Source: a virus (Duplodnaviria > Heunggongvirae > Uroviricota > Caudoviricetes). Taken from it: 64,000 nt of DNA. The notes below the pieces were generated by a model, which worked only from the letters and a program-made list of their open reading frames with translations, did not search any database and was not told the origin of the DNA. The stretch's first letter is position 1. Every line of letters begins with the position of its first letter. The stretch is from the IMG/VR virus record IMGVR_UViG_3300020049_016248. One strand, given 5' to 3'. A program made the position numbers and the translations under genes. This document shows, piece by piece, positions 1 through 9,611 of the stretch.

Positions 1-23
1 TAAATATTATACAGCTTAAAAAG

Positions 24-55
24 AAGAACTTACATTCACTATGTAAGTTCTTTTT
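24..55 (+). terminator. Rho-independent terminator
   Basis: AAGAACTTACAT-tcact-ATGTAAGTTCTT stem followed by a T run. Confidence 0.7.
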
Positions 56-102
56 GTTTTTATTATATTCTTTTCCTATTTTTCATAAAAACTTTGTAAA
101 GA

Positions 103-612
103 ATGTTAATAAGTCCTAAGTATCTTGTAGAAAATGAAATAATTACGTTCCCTGATAATATTATTATAGGTGAACATATACAACAAAACGGTATTGATAT
201 TGATTGTTTTGAGTTAACACATTTAAGTTATAAAACTGTTCCAGTTATCTTTAAAGATAGTTCAGTTAAACCAGAACCTATTTTGTTAAAACCAACTAAA
301 ATTACAAAACCTGGGGAAAAAGATATTAACGGTTGGTTGTTAAAAAAAGGTGAAGTGTATTCTTTTAATTCTTCTTTTGAAATTAAAATCCCTAAAAACA
401 TGGGAGGCCAAGTAGTAGGAAGATCAACATTTAATAGACAAGGTATTTTAGTAAGAAGTAGTTGGTTTGATAGCGGTTTTAAAGGAACTTTAGGAGCAAC
501 AGTTTATTGTTTCAACGATGTGTTTATCGAACAAGGAGTAAGAATTGGTCAATTCATTATGCATTCTGGAGAGTCAGCGGGTTTATATACAGGTCAATAT
601 CAAAGTAAATAA
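103..612 (+). CDS. dcd: dCTP deaminase / trimeric dUTPase family protein
   Basis: QQNGID, GRST, WFDSGFKG, RIGQ and C-terminal YxGQY motifs. Confidence 0.8.
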   Translation: MLISPKYLVENEIITFPDNIIIGEHIQQNGIDIDCFELTHLSYKTVPVIFKDSSVKPEPILLKPTKITKPGEKDINGWLLKKGEVYSFNSSFEIKIPKNMGGQVVGRSTFNRQGILVRSSWFDSGFKGTLGATVYCFNDVFIEQGVRIGQFIMHSGESAGLYTGQYQSK

Positions 613-827
613 TGATAGTTTTTTTAATTATATTAGTAGTTTTAAGCATTCTTGTTTCAAGTTTTGGTATTTGGGCTTTAGGAAAGTTAAATAAATATAT
701 AGCAAGGTTAGAAAGTGTGATAGATAATCAATTAGATAGAATTGATGAATTAGAAGATTTGATACAACAATCTAATATTAAGTCAAAGAAAATAGTTAAA
801 CGTGAAATTATAAAAGAAGATGAGTAA
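612..827 (+). CDS. small membrane protein (N-terminal TM + coiled coil)
   Basis: hydrophobic N-terminus; coupled to flanking genes. Confidence 0.6.
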   Translation: MIVFLIILVVLSILVSSFGIWALGKLNKYIARLESVIDNQLDRIDELEDLIQQSNIKSKKIVKREIIKEDE

Positions 828-2004
828 TATTCAGTACAATCACCATTTAAACGATGGTTATGCTATAGATGGTGTTATGCTTTTCGTTAGAAGAACAGAG
901 AAACACCCTTCTTGTTCAAGAGTTGAAATTACAGCAAATGAACAAGAGTTATTAGATTACTTAAATTCTATAGGTTCTTCTGTAGCAGAGTTTGTTTTAA
1001 ATTCAAATGTTCGTACTCGAATATTCAATGTAGAATCTAAAGATTTAGTTGATACTCGTGGAGAAGAAGTAATTATTATTGAAGTTAGACAAAACAATAA
1101 AGAGCAAGTTGCATTTGAATTCAATAGCAGAACAGGACAGTTTGAAGTTCCTCTAGTTGAAGTTCCTGCAACCGGAGAAGTAGAAAGTGAAAAACAAGTT
1201 AAGAACAAAGGGTATAACATTAACATTTTATACAACTTAAATCAGAAAACAAAATCTAAAGTTGAAGAGATTACAAAAAAAATCTTAAGTCTAAAGTTTG
1301 AAGAAAAAGCAGAAGAAATTTGTAGACTAAACTTAGTAGTAAATTATGGTGGATCTTTAGATTTACAAGCATTTAACATTAACCCACCACAATTAGATTT
1401 AAGTTTAAATTATGGACAAGAATTTAAGGAAAAACATGATTACTTAATTTCTAAAATAGAAGATTCCAAATCAAATAAAGGATTAGTTTTATTACATGGA
1501 GAACCAGGTTGCGGTAAAACTTATTATATTCGTTATTTAGTAAAAATGTTATCTAAAAAGAAAAACGTAATTTACATACCACCAGATTTAGCTCATGAGA
1601 TTGCATCACCGCACTTTTTAGCTTTCTTATTAGAAAACCCAGGTTCTATTTTAGTAATAGAAGATGCAGAAAATATTATTCGTTCAAGAAAAAGTGGACA
1701 AAATCAAGCTGTTGCTAATTTATTAAATACTACTGATGGGTTATTAGCAGATTGTTTAAGAGTTCAAGTAGTTTGTACTTTCAATTGTCCTTACGAAGAT
1801 GTAGATGATGCATTAAAACGTAAAGGTCGTTTAATTGTTGAGCATAAATTTAACAAGTTAAAAAAAGAACAAGCACAATTAGTTGCAAAATCTTTAGGGT
1901 TAGATTTACCGATAACAAAAGATATGACTTTAGCAGAGATTTATAATCATAAAGATTTAGATTTTCAACAGGAGCAGAAAACGAAGATTGGTTTTAATAT
2001 TTAA
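820..2004 (+). CDS. AAA+ ATPase (single AAA domain) with C-terminal KIGF
   Basis: Walker A GEPGCGKT, Walker B LVIEDAE, LLNTTDGL, SRH-like DALKRKGR. Confidence 0.9.
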   Translation: MSNIQYNHHLNDGYAIDGVMLFVRRTEKHPSCSRVEITANEQELLDYLNSIGSSVAEFVLNSNVRTRIFNVESKDLVDTRGEEVIIIEVRQNNKEQVAFEFNSRTGQFEVPLVEVPATGEVESEKQVKNKGYNINILYNLNQKTKSKVEEITKKILSLKFEEKAEEICRLNLVVNYGGSLDLQAFNINPPQLDLSLNYGQEFKEKHDYLISKIEDSKSNKGLVLLHGEPGCGKTYYIRYLVKMLSKKKNVIYIPPDLAHEIASPHFLAFLLENPGSILVIEDAENIIRSRKSGQNQAVANLLNTTDGLLADCLRVQVVCTFNCPYEDVDDALKRKGRLIVEHKFNKLKKEQAQLVAKSLGLDLPITKDMTLAEIYNHKDLDFQQEQKTKIGFNI

Positions 2005-2025
2005 TAAAACAAATCTATTACAATA

Positions 2026-2334
2026 ATGGCTAAGAACAAGAAAAATAATTCTGAAAATTTAGATGAGTTAAAAAGCACAGAAGATATTATTTCTAACGAG
2101 GTGATAACAGAAGAGTCTACAGTTGAAGAGAAGGTTGTAGAAACACCAGAAAAAACAAAAAAAGTAAAAGAAAAACAATTAAAACCTTTATCTTCACAAG
2201 CTTTAAAATGGAAAACATATCTGCACCAATTAAATTGGACTGCACAAGATTATTTAAACCGTTTTCCAGAGCATAAGTATAAAGAGTTTATAGAAGAATT
2301 AGTATCTTATGAAAAATCAATTAAAAATAATTAA
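2026..2334 (+). CDS. hypothetical protein
   Basis: ORF in operon between AAA ATPase and ClpP. Confidence 0.6.
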   Translation: MAKNKKNNSENLDELKSTEDIISNEVITEESTVEEKVVETPEKTKKVKEKQLKPLSSQALKWKTYLHQLNWTAQDYLNRFPEHKYKEFIEELVSYEKSIKNN

Positions 2335-2971
2335 AAACCGTAAAGAAATGAATTTAGTCGAAAGAATTGATGTTTTAAACAATTACGGAGTACATCTACC
2401 TACAGCAACAATATATATTGCAGGGGAAATTGATGCGAACTTAGCAACAGCTTTACGTTTTAAGTATCATATGATTAAAGATTTTTACAAAGAAGAAAAA
2501 GAACCTTTGCATGAAATTAACATTGTTATGAATTCATGTGGCGGTGATGCTTCAGCGATTGCATCTGTTCTAGATTTTTATGAAGAGTTAGAGAAATACG
2601 ACAAAGTAAAAGTAAATGTTCAAGTAGAAGGAAATTGTATGTCAGCTGCAACTTTTATTTTAGGTGGAGCAACAGGTCATAGAAAAGCAAATAAAAGATG
2701 TAGATTAATGGTACATGAAATTCAAATCGAAGGAATGGGTGGTACACATACACAAACTAAAGCTTTTCAAACAGAGTTAAATCGTATGCAAGATGAATGT
2801 TATGAGTTATATGCTCAATTTTCATTTAGAAATGATAGAGCAGAAGGAAAAGACCCTTCTAAAGAAGATTTCGAAGCTAGAGTAAAAATGTGGGAAAAGT
2901 TAAGTACAAAAGAAACTTACCTAGGTGTAGAAAGAGCATTAGAATTAGGATTGATTGATGAAATAATCTAA
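2309..2971 (+). CDS. clpP: ClpP-like serine protease (start possibly 2348)
   Basis: IYIAGEID, MNSCGG, catalytic Ser in CMSAA, His in LMVHE, C-terminal ALELGLIDEI. Confidence 0.88.
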   Translation: MKNQLKIIKNRKEMNLVERIDVLNNYGVHLPTATIYIAGEIDANLATALRFKYHMIKDFYKEEKEPLHEINIVMNSCGGDASAIASVLDFYEELEKYDKVKVNVQVEGNCMSAATFILGGATGHRKANKRCRLMVHEIQIEGMGGTHTQTKAFQTELNRMQDECYELYAQFSFRNDRAEGKDPSKEDFEARVKMWEKLSTKETYLGVERALELGLIDEII

Positions 2972-2990
2972 GAAAAAATAATAAAAATAA

Positions 2991-3019
2991 TGAAACTTGC
3001 AGAGACTGCAGGTTTCCCC
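2991..3019 (+). terminator. hairpin, probable terminator; near-identical copy at 55657-55682
   Basis: GAAACTTGCAG-aga-CTGCAGGTTTC. Confidence 0.55.
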
Positions 3020-3030
3020 GTGTTTAAGAG

Positions 3031-3065
3031 GTAGGAAGTTAACAAAGGAGTTCTTATCTTTAGAT
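3031..3065 (+). promoter_or_regulatory. candidate early promoter GTAGGAAGTT-N14-TATCTTTAGAT
   Basis: same bipartite motif and spacing at 13323-13357, 13635-13669, 20796-20830 (minus strand). Confidence 0.7.
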
Positions 3066-3084
3066 ATAATTAGAATACTATATA

Positions 3085-3519
3085 ATGTATGAACGTATGT
3101 TTGGTCATCAAAGAGATATTTTAAAAGGTTTATTAGAAAGAGTTAAGCCAGAGCAAAGTGCATTTTTTAGAAGAATGTATTTCCCTGGACAAGAACTTAC
3201 AATTGTAGAAATGTGTGAAAAGTTAGAACCTAAAAAACTTAGTCATGCAATCACACAGTGTGAAAATACAATAAAAGATAATCTATTGAAAGAAAACCCT
3301 GCTTTTTATGATAAAAACAATGTCTTGTTAAAAAATGGTGATGTGATTGATTTACATCAAACAGTAAATGGTCACAGTTTATTTATAGTTTTAGATATTA
3401 AAAATTTTGACGTTAGATATAAGTTAGATTTTCGTAAATATGAATATGATGTTCAAAGTCTTCTCGAGAGTGGTCTATTCGGTGCAGAGTGGGAAATAAT
3501 TGATAATTTTTTTAATTAA
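3085..3519 (+). CDS. hypothetical protein with YopX-like C-terminal domain
   Basis: DKNNVLLKNGDVI ... WEIIDNFF resembles the YopX DKNGxEIYEGDI...EVIGN pattern. Confidence 0.5.
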   Translation: MYERMFGHQRDILKGLLERVKPEQSAFFRRMYFPGQELTIVEMCEKLEPKKLSHAITQCENTIKDNLLKENPAFYDKNNVLLKNGDVIDLHQTVNGHSLFIVLDIKNFDVRYKLDFRKYEYDVQSLLESGLFGAEWEIIDNFFN

Positions 3520-3543
3520 AATTTAAACTAAAAACTATATAAT

Positions 3544-4236
3544 ATGGAATACCCTAGTCAATTGCAAGATAAAGTAGATTATTATAACAGTTTAAAGAAA
3601 GTTATAAAACCTTTGAGAAAACAAATCTTAAAAGAAAAAGTAATGTTTATTATTAAACACAACAAGCATTATTTAACTAGACGCTTTCTTGTGTTATCCT
3701 CTTTAACAATTGCAATTATATTTGCAGGGTTATATTACTTACGACCTATTATCATTCATACAAGATATCAAAGTGTCCCTGGTGAAGTAATCTATGTACC
3801 AGATTCAACAAAAACTATGGATAAATTTTTATACGAATTAGGTCGTCTTGAGTCAAATAATAATTATAAAATTGTAAATCAATTTGGTTATATGGGAAGA
3901 TATCAAATAGGTAGACAAGCTTTAAAACAAATTGGCTTAGGTGAAGTTTCCAATGAACAATTCCTAAATAATGCTGAATTACAGGAAGTTGCAATGAAAT
4001 TACTTTTAAAAGAAAATAAAAGAATTTTAGCTTCTCATATTGGAAAATACCAATCAAGAGTAATCAACGGGATTTACATCACTGAATCTTCTATTTTAGC
4101 AGCTTCTCACATGGCACCTCAAGGTGTAATTGACTTTTTAACTTCAGGTGGGGAAAAGGTTTTCAAAGATGGGAATGGAACACCTATAACGAAATATTTA
4201 AAACAATTTTCTGGTTACAAAATTAAACTAAATTAA
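3544..4236 (+). CDS. membrane-anchored lysozyme-like / lytic transglycosylase-fold protein
   Basis: TM helix near aa 48-66; LGRLESNNNY..VNQFGYMGRYQIG catalytic-Glu motif; AASH. Confidence 0.7.
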   Translation: MEYPSQLQDKVDYYNSLKKVIKPLRKQILKEKVMFIIKHNKHYLTRRFLVLSSLTIAIIFAGLYYLRPIIIHTRYQSVPGEVIYVPDSTKTMDKFLYELGRLESNNNYKIVNQFGYMGRYQIGRQALKQIGLGEVSNEQFLNNAELQEVAMKLLLKENKRILASHIGKYQSRVINGIYITESSILAASHMAPQGVIDFLTSGGEKVFKDGNGTPITKYLKQFSGYKIKLN

Positions 4237-4250
4237 TACAATTATTAAGA

Positions 4251-4637
4251 ATGAAAAAACGATTAAGAAAAAAATATCATAAAGGAGAATTTAAACAAGA
4301 AGGGTTTACTATATTACTTCAATTAAATTTAACTTTTTCACCTAATGATTTAGATAATACTATTGATACAGTATTTAAAGTAATCCAAGATCATAATTGC
4401 TATGGTGCAGGAGGTGGGGATGAACAGTTTATAACAATTACAATTGTTCCTAGTAAAAGAAAAGGGACAATAACAGAAGAGTTAAAGCAATCTATTTTAA
4501 ATCAAATTTTACTTCAGACTTCTGCAATCAAAAATTTAAAATCTTTCCCTTTAAGAGATTGTTGGTATATCACTGATGAGGAATTTGAAAAAGAACATCA
4601 ATTAATTCAAGAATTAAAAGAAACACAAGCAATTTAA
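4251..4637 (+). CDS. yggL: YggL (DUF469) family 50S ribosome-associated protein
   Basis: N-terminal KRLRKKYHKGEFKQEGF, central GGGG-like loop and C-terminal LRDCWY are the family signature. Confidence 0.75.
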   Translation: MKKRLRKKYHKGEFKQEGFTILLQLNLTFSPNDLDNTIDTVFKVIQDHNCYGAGGGDEQFITITIVPSKRKGTITEELKQSILNQILLQTSAIKNLKSFPLRDCWYITDEEFEKEHQLIQELKETQAI

Positions 4638-4639
4638 CA

Positions 4640-4813
4640 ATGAAGCATTTTTATTCAAAATTACTAATAATATTTTTAGTAATGTTAACATTTACTATTT
4701 TAAATCTTATTAAAGGTAGTAATTGGTGGGGTTATGTTATTTCATTAATCATTCTTCCTTTCATAACATGGTTAGTAATTGAAATTTTCTTTTTTTTAAA
4801 AGGTAAAAAATAA
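4640..4813 (+). CDS. 57-aa two-TM membrane protein (not in ORF track)
   Basis: MKHFYSKLLIIFLVMLTFTILNLIKGSNWWGYVISLIILPFITWLVIEIFFFLKGKK fills the gap between genes exactly. Confidence 0.65.
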   Translation: MKHFYSKLLIIFLVMLTFTILNLIKGSNWWGYVISLIILPFITWLVIEIFFFLKGKK

Positions 4814-4816
4814 TTA

Positions 4817-5182
4817 ATGAAAGGAGTTTTATTTACAGTCAAAGTAACTAATGAAATAGAAAACCAACAAATGATGAATTTGTTTAAAGAGTTGTCTACA
4901 GTAGTTGGTGCACAGTTTCAAGAAAGGTTAAATAATTTTGTTACAAGTCATTCTTGTTTTACGAGTAGCAAATACTATCACTTAAATCATTGGGAACATG
5001 GTTGTGGTGTAGAATGGGACTATGGAACAGCAGATATAAAAACTCTTTCTATATACGAGAGAGGAGATTTCTTTTTTCTTTCAATACAGGAAGATTGGGA
5101 TCTTATAGTAAAATATGCTTTTTCAAGTGTAGATCCTTTAGAAAAAATTATTGAAGAAATTACTCAAGAGTTAGAATCATGA
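4817..5182 (+). CDS. hypothetical protein with C-terminal IxxEL tag
   Basis: ends LEKIIEEITQELES. Confidence 0.7.
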   Translation: MKGVLFTVKVTNEIENQQMMNLFKELSTVVGAQFQERLNNFVTSHSCFTSSKYYHLNHWEHGCGVEWDYGTADIKTLSIYERGDFFFLSIQEDWDLIVKYAFSSVDPLEKIIEEITQELES

Positions 5183-5574
5183 GACAACAATACAAATTAA
5201 TTGTTAGAGTTAATGAAGACGAGCAAAGTATATTTCGTTGTATAGATCTACTTAAACTTTTAGAAGAACAAGTCCGCTCTCATCAAAGTTCTTTCAATCC
5301 AGAGAAAATACAATTTTTAATTAAGTTTTTTTCCGGAAAACTATCCCTATATCATTGCGATTATGGTAAAGTAGTAATGGTATCTTTCAACTTATCCCCT
5401 TCATCTATTGGTTATACTACACTTGTTCACTATTTTAACACTCCACAGAATGAAGATGTACCAAAATATAACATTGTACATGACTTTCGTGAAATCTTAG
5501 GAGATTTACATCTCTTAGATTCTGATAGTATAGAACATGTTGTATATCAAATAGCAAAAGAGTTAAAAAAATAA
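5179..5574 (+). CDS. hypothetical protein with C-terminal IxxEL tag
   Basis: ends IEHVVYQIAKELKK; ATGA overlap. Confidence 0.7.
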   Translation: MRQQYKLIVRVNEDEQSIFRCIDLLKLLEEQVRSHQSSFNPEKIQFLIKFFSGKLSLYHCDYGKVVMVSFNLSPSSIGYTTLVHYFNTPQNEDVPKYNIVHDFREILGDLHLLDSDSIEHVVYQIAKELKK

Positions 5575-5582
5575 CTATTTAT
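5575..5582 (+). promoter_or_regulatory. candidate late promoter CTATTTAT
   Basis: TATTTA recurs just upstream of most virion gene starts. Confidence 0.6.
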
Positions 5583-5612
5583 ATATATCATTTATAATGA
5601 TGATATACATAA

Positions 5613-7445
5613 ATGTTAACAACCTCTTATTTAAAATCTCTTGACCCAGAAACTCGAAAAAAAGTAGTAATCAAAGAGTTTTTAAAGTGTAAGCAAGATC
5701 CAATATATTGTATTGAAACGTATTTCACTGTTTCAGATCAAAAGAAAGGTCAACGTGTCCCTTTTAAATTATACCCACATCAAAGAAGAGCAATTTTAGC
5801 TTTCGAAAACTATCCTTTAAACCTTACGATGAAAACTCGACAAATGGGTTTAACAGCAGTTTCTTCTGCTTATGTTGCATGGGTAATGGCAACAAAACAA
5901 CAACAAGTAATTGCTGCTTTAGCTCATGAGAAACAAACTTCAAGAAAGTTTTTAAGACAAGTAAGAGAGACATTAGATAATGCTAAGTTAAGTGCGCCAT
6001 GGTTAATTCCAGATTATATGGAAAACAACAACGGTAAGGATTCATTTACTTTGAAAACAGGTTCAATGATTCAAGCAGAAGCTAACAAGCCAAATGCTGC
6101 ACGTGGTATGTCTTTGAATTACTTAATTATAGATGAGGTAGCAGCGATTACTCACATGGGTGAAATTTGGGCTGCTGCTGGTTTGACATTAACAAAATCA
6201 GGGGGAAAATGTATAGGTATCTCAACACCTGTAGGTAAATCTGGTTGGTATTTCGAACAGTATACAAATGCTGAAGAAAATGGTTGGAATATTATTGAAG
6301 CTCATTGGAGTGATCATCCAGATTATAAATTAGGTATGTATCAATGGGTTAAAGATGATTTAAAACCAGAAGGTGGTTATATAAAATTCTATAATGAAGA
6401 CTGGCCTGATGTTTCAGATGCAATTTCCTTAAAGAAATATGCTACAAGGGAAACTTACAATTACATAAGAGATGGTAAATTAAGAAGCCCTTGGTATGAT
6501 TATGAAAGTAAACGTTTAGGGTTACAAAAAACTCGATGTGAGTTAGATTGTTCTTTTGCCGGTTCTGGTAGTGAAGTTTTAGACCCGGAAGTAATCAGAA
6601 GCTTAGAAATGTTAGCTAAAGATTATCCCCCTTTTACTGCAGAAGAGTTAGGTGTTAGAGGAAAAGGTTTATGGAAAAGTTATAAACAGTTTAAAGATTA
6701 TAATCCAGACCATGGTTATATATTAAGTGCCGATGCTGCAACAGGAGATGGTTCAGATTATTCAGCATTTGTTGTTTTAGATATGACAACAAGAGAAATA
6801 GTTGCTACATATAAAGAACAACTAGACCCTTTACAATATGCAAAAATTATAAAAGATGTTGCAGTTACTTTCGGTAGTTGTTTAGTTATAGTAGAGTATC
6901 AAGGCCCTGGGTTAACAGTTTTATTAGAATTGAAAGGAACATTACGTTATCATAACATTTACCATCACACTTTAAAGAAAAACGAAGTAACTAAAAACCA
7001 AAAAAGAAAAATTGGTTTCTGGCAAGGAGAAAGTACAAGAACTTTAGGTGGAGATAGATTAGAAGAAGTTTTAAACACAGGAGAGTTAAAAGTTTATTCA
7101 ACTGATTTCATTGCTGAATTGCATACATGGATATGGGATAAAGATGGGAAAAGAAGACATGCACCAGATAAGCATGACGATTTAATCATGGCAACGACTA
7201 ATGCTATGTTCTACGTTTTCTATGTAATCACTAAACGTGCTAATGCAAATGAAATGATGAAAAAACAATTTAGTAGAGTTTCAGTAGGTTCATATAATAC
7301 AAACGGTATGATTGATTATAATGAATTATTGAATGACGATATTAATGAGAATAAAAGATTTAAAGAGAACGGTCAGTATGATAACTCATCAGCAAAAGAT
7401 TTAAAAAACTTTCATACGTTTAGAACATTAAACAGAAGAGATTAG
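5613..7445 (+). CDS. gp17: terminase large subunit (T4 gp17-like)
   Basis: KCKQDPIY, FKLYPHQ, KTRQMG, LIIDEV, ISTP, nuclease DAATGDGSDYS and HDDLIMA. Confidence 0.95.
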   Translation: MLTTSYLKSLDPETRKKVVIKEFLKCKQDPIYCIETYFTVSDQKKGQRVPFKLYPHQRRAILAFENYPLNLTMKTRQMGLTAVSSAYVAWVMATKQQQVIAALAHEKQTSRKFLRQVRETLDNAKLSAPWLIPDYMENNNGKDSFTLKTGSMIQAEANKPNAARGMSLNYLIIDEVAAITHMGEIWAAAGLTLTKSGGKCIGISTPVGKSGWYFEQYTNAEENGWNIIEAHWSDHPDYKLGMYQWVKDDLKPEGGYIKFYNEDWPDVSDAISLKKYATRETYNYIRDGKLRSPWYDYESKRLGLQKTRCELDCSFAGSGSEVLDPEVIRSLEMLAKDYPPFTAEELGVRGKGLWKSYKQFKDYNPDHGYILSADAATGDGSDYSAFVVLDMTTREIVATYKEQLDPLQYAKIIKDVAVTFGSCLVIVEYQGPGLTVLLELKGTLRYHNIYHHTLKKNEVTKNQKRKIGFWQGESTRTLGGDRLEEVLNTGELKVYSTDFIAELHTWIWDKDGKRRHAPDKHDDLIMATTNAMFYVFYVITKRANANEMMKKQFSRVSVGSYNTNGMIDYNELLNDDINENKRFKENGQYDNSSAKDLKNFHTFRTLNRRD

Positions 7446-7487
7446 TAACAAAAAGTTACCAATTTTATATGATATTTAAAAAAATAA

Positions 7488-9185
7488 ATGGCAGATAATA
7501 ATAAAATACAGTCCGATATTAAAGGTTTTTTTGATAGACTTAAAGGTGAGGATAAAATTAGAAAATCAAATAGTTTAATTGTCTTAGATACACCTCAATC
7601 AGATAGAGAGAGACAAACTAAGCAAAAGATTTCGTCTATAGTTCAGTTTGTTAAAAACAAAACATGGAGCAGACGACATGTAGAATTCTTTGAAGAGTAT
7701 CGTAAAATGTCATCAACTTTCCCTATCATAAAAGCAGGGTTAGACATTTATGCAGAAGAAACAACAGCTCGTGATTCTAATGGTAATATTTTCACTATAA
7801 AATGTGATAATAAGAAAGTTAAAGATTTGTTAGAGGAATTGTTTTTCAAAACTTTAGCTTTAAATTCTAAAGGGTCAAAGATTGTAAGACAAATGTGTCA
7901 ATTCGGAAACTCTTATGGTTGGTTGACAACAAGACCAAAAGATGGTGTTACAGATATAGTTTTCTTACCACCTGAAGCAATTATAAGAGAAAATATGTAT
8001 GACCCTTCTAATTTAGAGAATTACAGATTTGTATGGTATGGTTCTGGAGGTGGAGCAATGTTTGAACCATATGAAATAGTTCATTGGAAAAACTCTGAAG
8101 ATATTGAATCTGAACCTTATGGTACAAGTATTTTAAGACCAATTGTAGATACATGGAGACGAGTAATTTTAATTAGAGAAGCATTAGTTATCTATCGTAT
8201 AACAAGAGCTCCTTCTAAATTATTATTTAAAATTGGTACAGATGGTATGACTGGAGATGAGGCTTTTCGATTTGCACAAGAAATGAAAAAAGAAGTGCAA
8301 AAGAAACCTTTAGTGAACCCACAAACAGGTGAAATTGATTTTAAATACAATCCTATGTCAGTTGAAGAGTCAATCTTTATGCCTACATATGAAGGGTCAC
8401 CTACTGATGTGAGTGTTTTGGAAGGTGCTTCAAACTTAGATGCTGTAGAGGATTATAAAATTATTAAAGATGACTTATTTGCAGGGTTAAAAATCCCAAA
8501 ATCATGGTTATCTTTTGAAGAAGATTTGTCAAACAAAAGTGCACTTGGGGAAGAAGATATTCGTTTTGCTAAAACAATCCAAAAAATTCAAGCAGATTTT
8601 GTTGAAGGTTTATTACATATAGGTTTAGTTCACTTATTTATGAAAGGTTGTTCACAAGAAGAAATGCAATCATTTACTATTGAGATGAATAACCCTTCTA
8701 TTGCTTCTGAAAAGAAAAAATTAGAACTGATTGAACAACGTTTAAACATTGCTAAAAGTGCTTGGGATTTCAACAATCCAGGGTTAAATTTAATGTCATA
8801 TGTAGATGTTTTAAAATCAATTTTAAAATTTACTGATAAAGAAGTAGAACAAATAATCAAAGCTCAATTTAATGAAAAGAAAATTGCATGGAGATTAGAG
8901 CAATTGAGAACAAATGGTATGTATGAGGAACCGGAAATTGAGAAAAAATTAGCTGAACTGAAAGGTTTAACAGGTTCAGCAGATGGTAAAATTTCTAGTG
9001 GTTTAGATTCTTTACAATTTGAAGGAGGAACTTTAACAGAAGTTTTGAAGAAGAAAATAGATGAAGAGATTAGAGAGATTTTAGCACCAGTAAGTGCTAC
9101 ACCAACTGCTAAGCAAGTTAGAACTCTAACAGAAGGTTCATTAACAAAAAATTTAAGAAAAGCTAAAAAAGACTTTGGATTATAA
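7488..9185 (+). CDS. gp20: portal protein (T4 gp20-like)
   Basis: PYGTSIL, EALVIYRITRAP, NPMSVEE, LFAGLKIPKS, EDIRFAKTIQKIQ. Confidence 0.95.
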   Translation: MADNNKIQSDIKGFFDRLKGEDKIRKSNSLIVLDTPQSDRERQTKQKISSIVQFVKNKTWSRRHVEFFEEYRKMSSTFPIIKAGLDIYAEETTARDSNGNIFTIKCDNKKVKDLLEELFFKTLALNSKGSKIVRQMCQFGNSYGWLTTRPKDGVTDIVFLPPEAIIRENMYDPSNLENYRFVWYGSGGGAMFEPYEIVHWKNSEDIESEPYGTSILRPIVDTWRRVILIREALVIYRITRAPSKLLFKIGTDGMTGDEAFRFAQEMKKEVQKKPLVNPQTGEIDFKYNPMSVEESIFMPTYEGSPTDVSVLEGASNLDAVEDYKIIKDDLFAGLKIPKSWLSFEEDLSNKSALGEEDIRFAKTIQKIQADFVEGLLHIGLVHLFMKGCSQEEMQSFTIEMNNPSIASEKKKLELIEQRLNIAKSAWDFNNPGLNLMSYVDVLKSILKFTDKEVEQIIKAQFNEKKIAWRLEQLRTNGMYEEPEIEKKLAELKGLTGSADGKISSGLDSLQFEGGTLTEVLKKKIDEEIREILAPVSATPTAKQVRTLTEGSLTKNLRKAKKDFGL

Positions 9186-9553
9186 TGAAAAGAGCTGCAA
9201 TTGCAATAATATTAAACAGTAATAATGAAGTGTTGTTAGGTTTATCAACAAATCCTGACTTTAGAAAAAACAAACTTTGTTTTGTAGGTGGTGGAATTGA
9301 AGAAGGTGAATCTATTATAGATGCAGCAGTAAGAGAGACTCAAGAAGAAGTTGGGTTAAATGTTACTGCTAGAGAAGGTGAAGTATATAAGATAGAAGGA
9401 AATGAAAAGATTATGTTTGTAATATGTGATTATGTTTCTGGTGAAATAACACCAAATCATGAATTTTCTCATGTAGGATGGTATGGTGTAAATAATTTAC
9501 CTCCAAATATTTTAAACCAAAACAAACAGATTATAGAAAAACTTTTTTATTAA
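9185..9553 (+). CDS. NUDIX hydrolase
   Basis: Nudix box GGIEEGESIIDAAVRETQEEVGL. Confidence 0.92.
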   Translation: MKRAAIAIILNSNNEVLLGLSTNPDFRKNKLCFVGGGIEEGESIIDAAVRETQEEVGLNVTAREGEVYKIEGNEKIMFVICDYVSGEITPNHEFSHVGWYGVNNLPPNILNQNKQIIEKLFY

Positions 9554-9611
9554 AAAAACAAAGAGCTTTGATAAAAACATTAAAGCTCCCCTATTTAAAA
9601 ACAAAAACTTA

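Noticed and set aside
5830-5856. Terminase Walker A lacking the canonical GKT (KTRQMGLT) as a sign of inactivity
   Set aside because: Deviant Walker A motifs with an upstream Lys are known in large terminases, and all other ATPase and nuclease motifs are intact.
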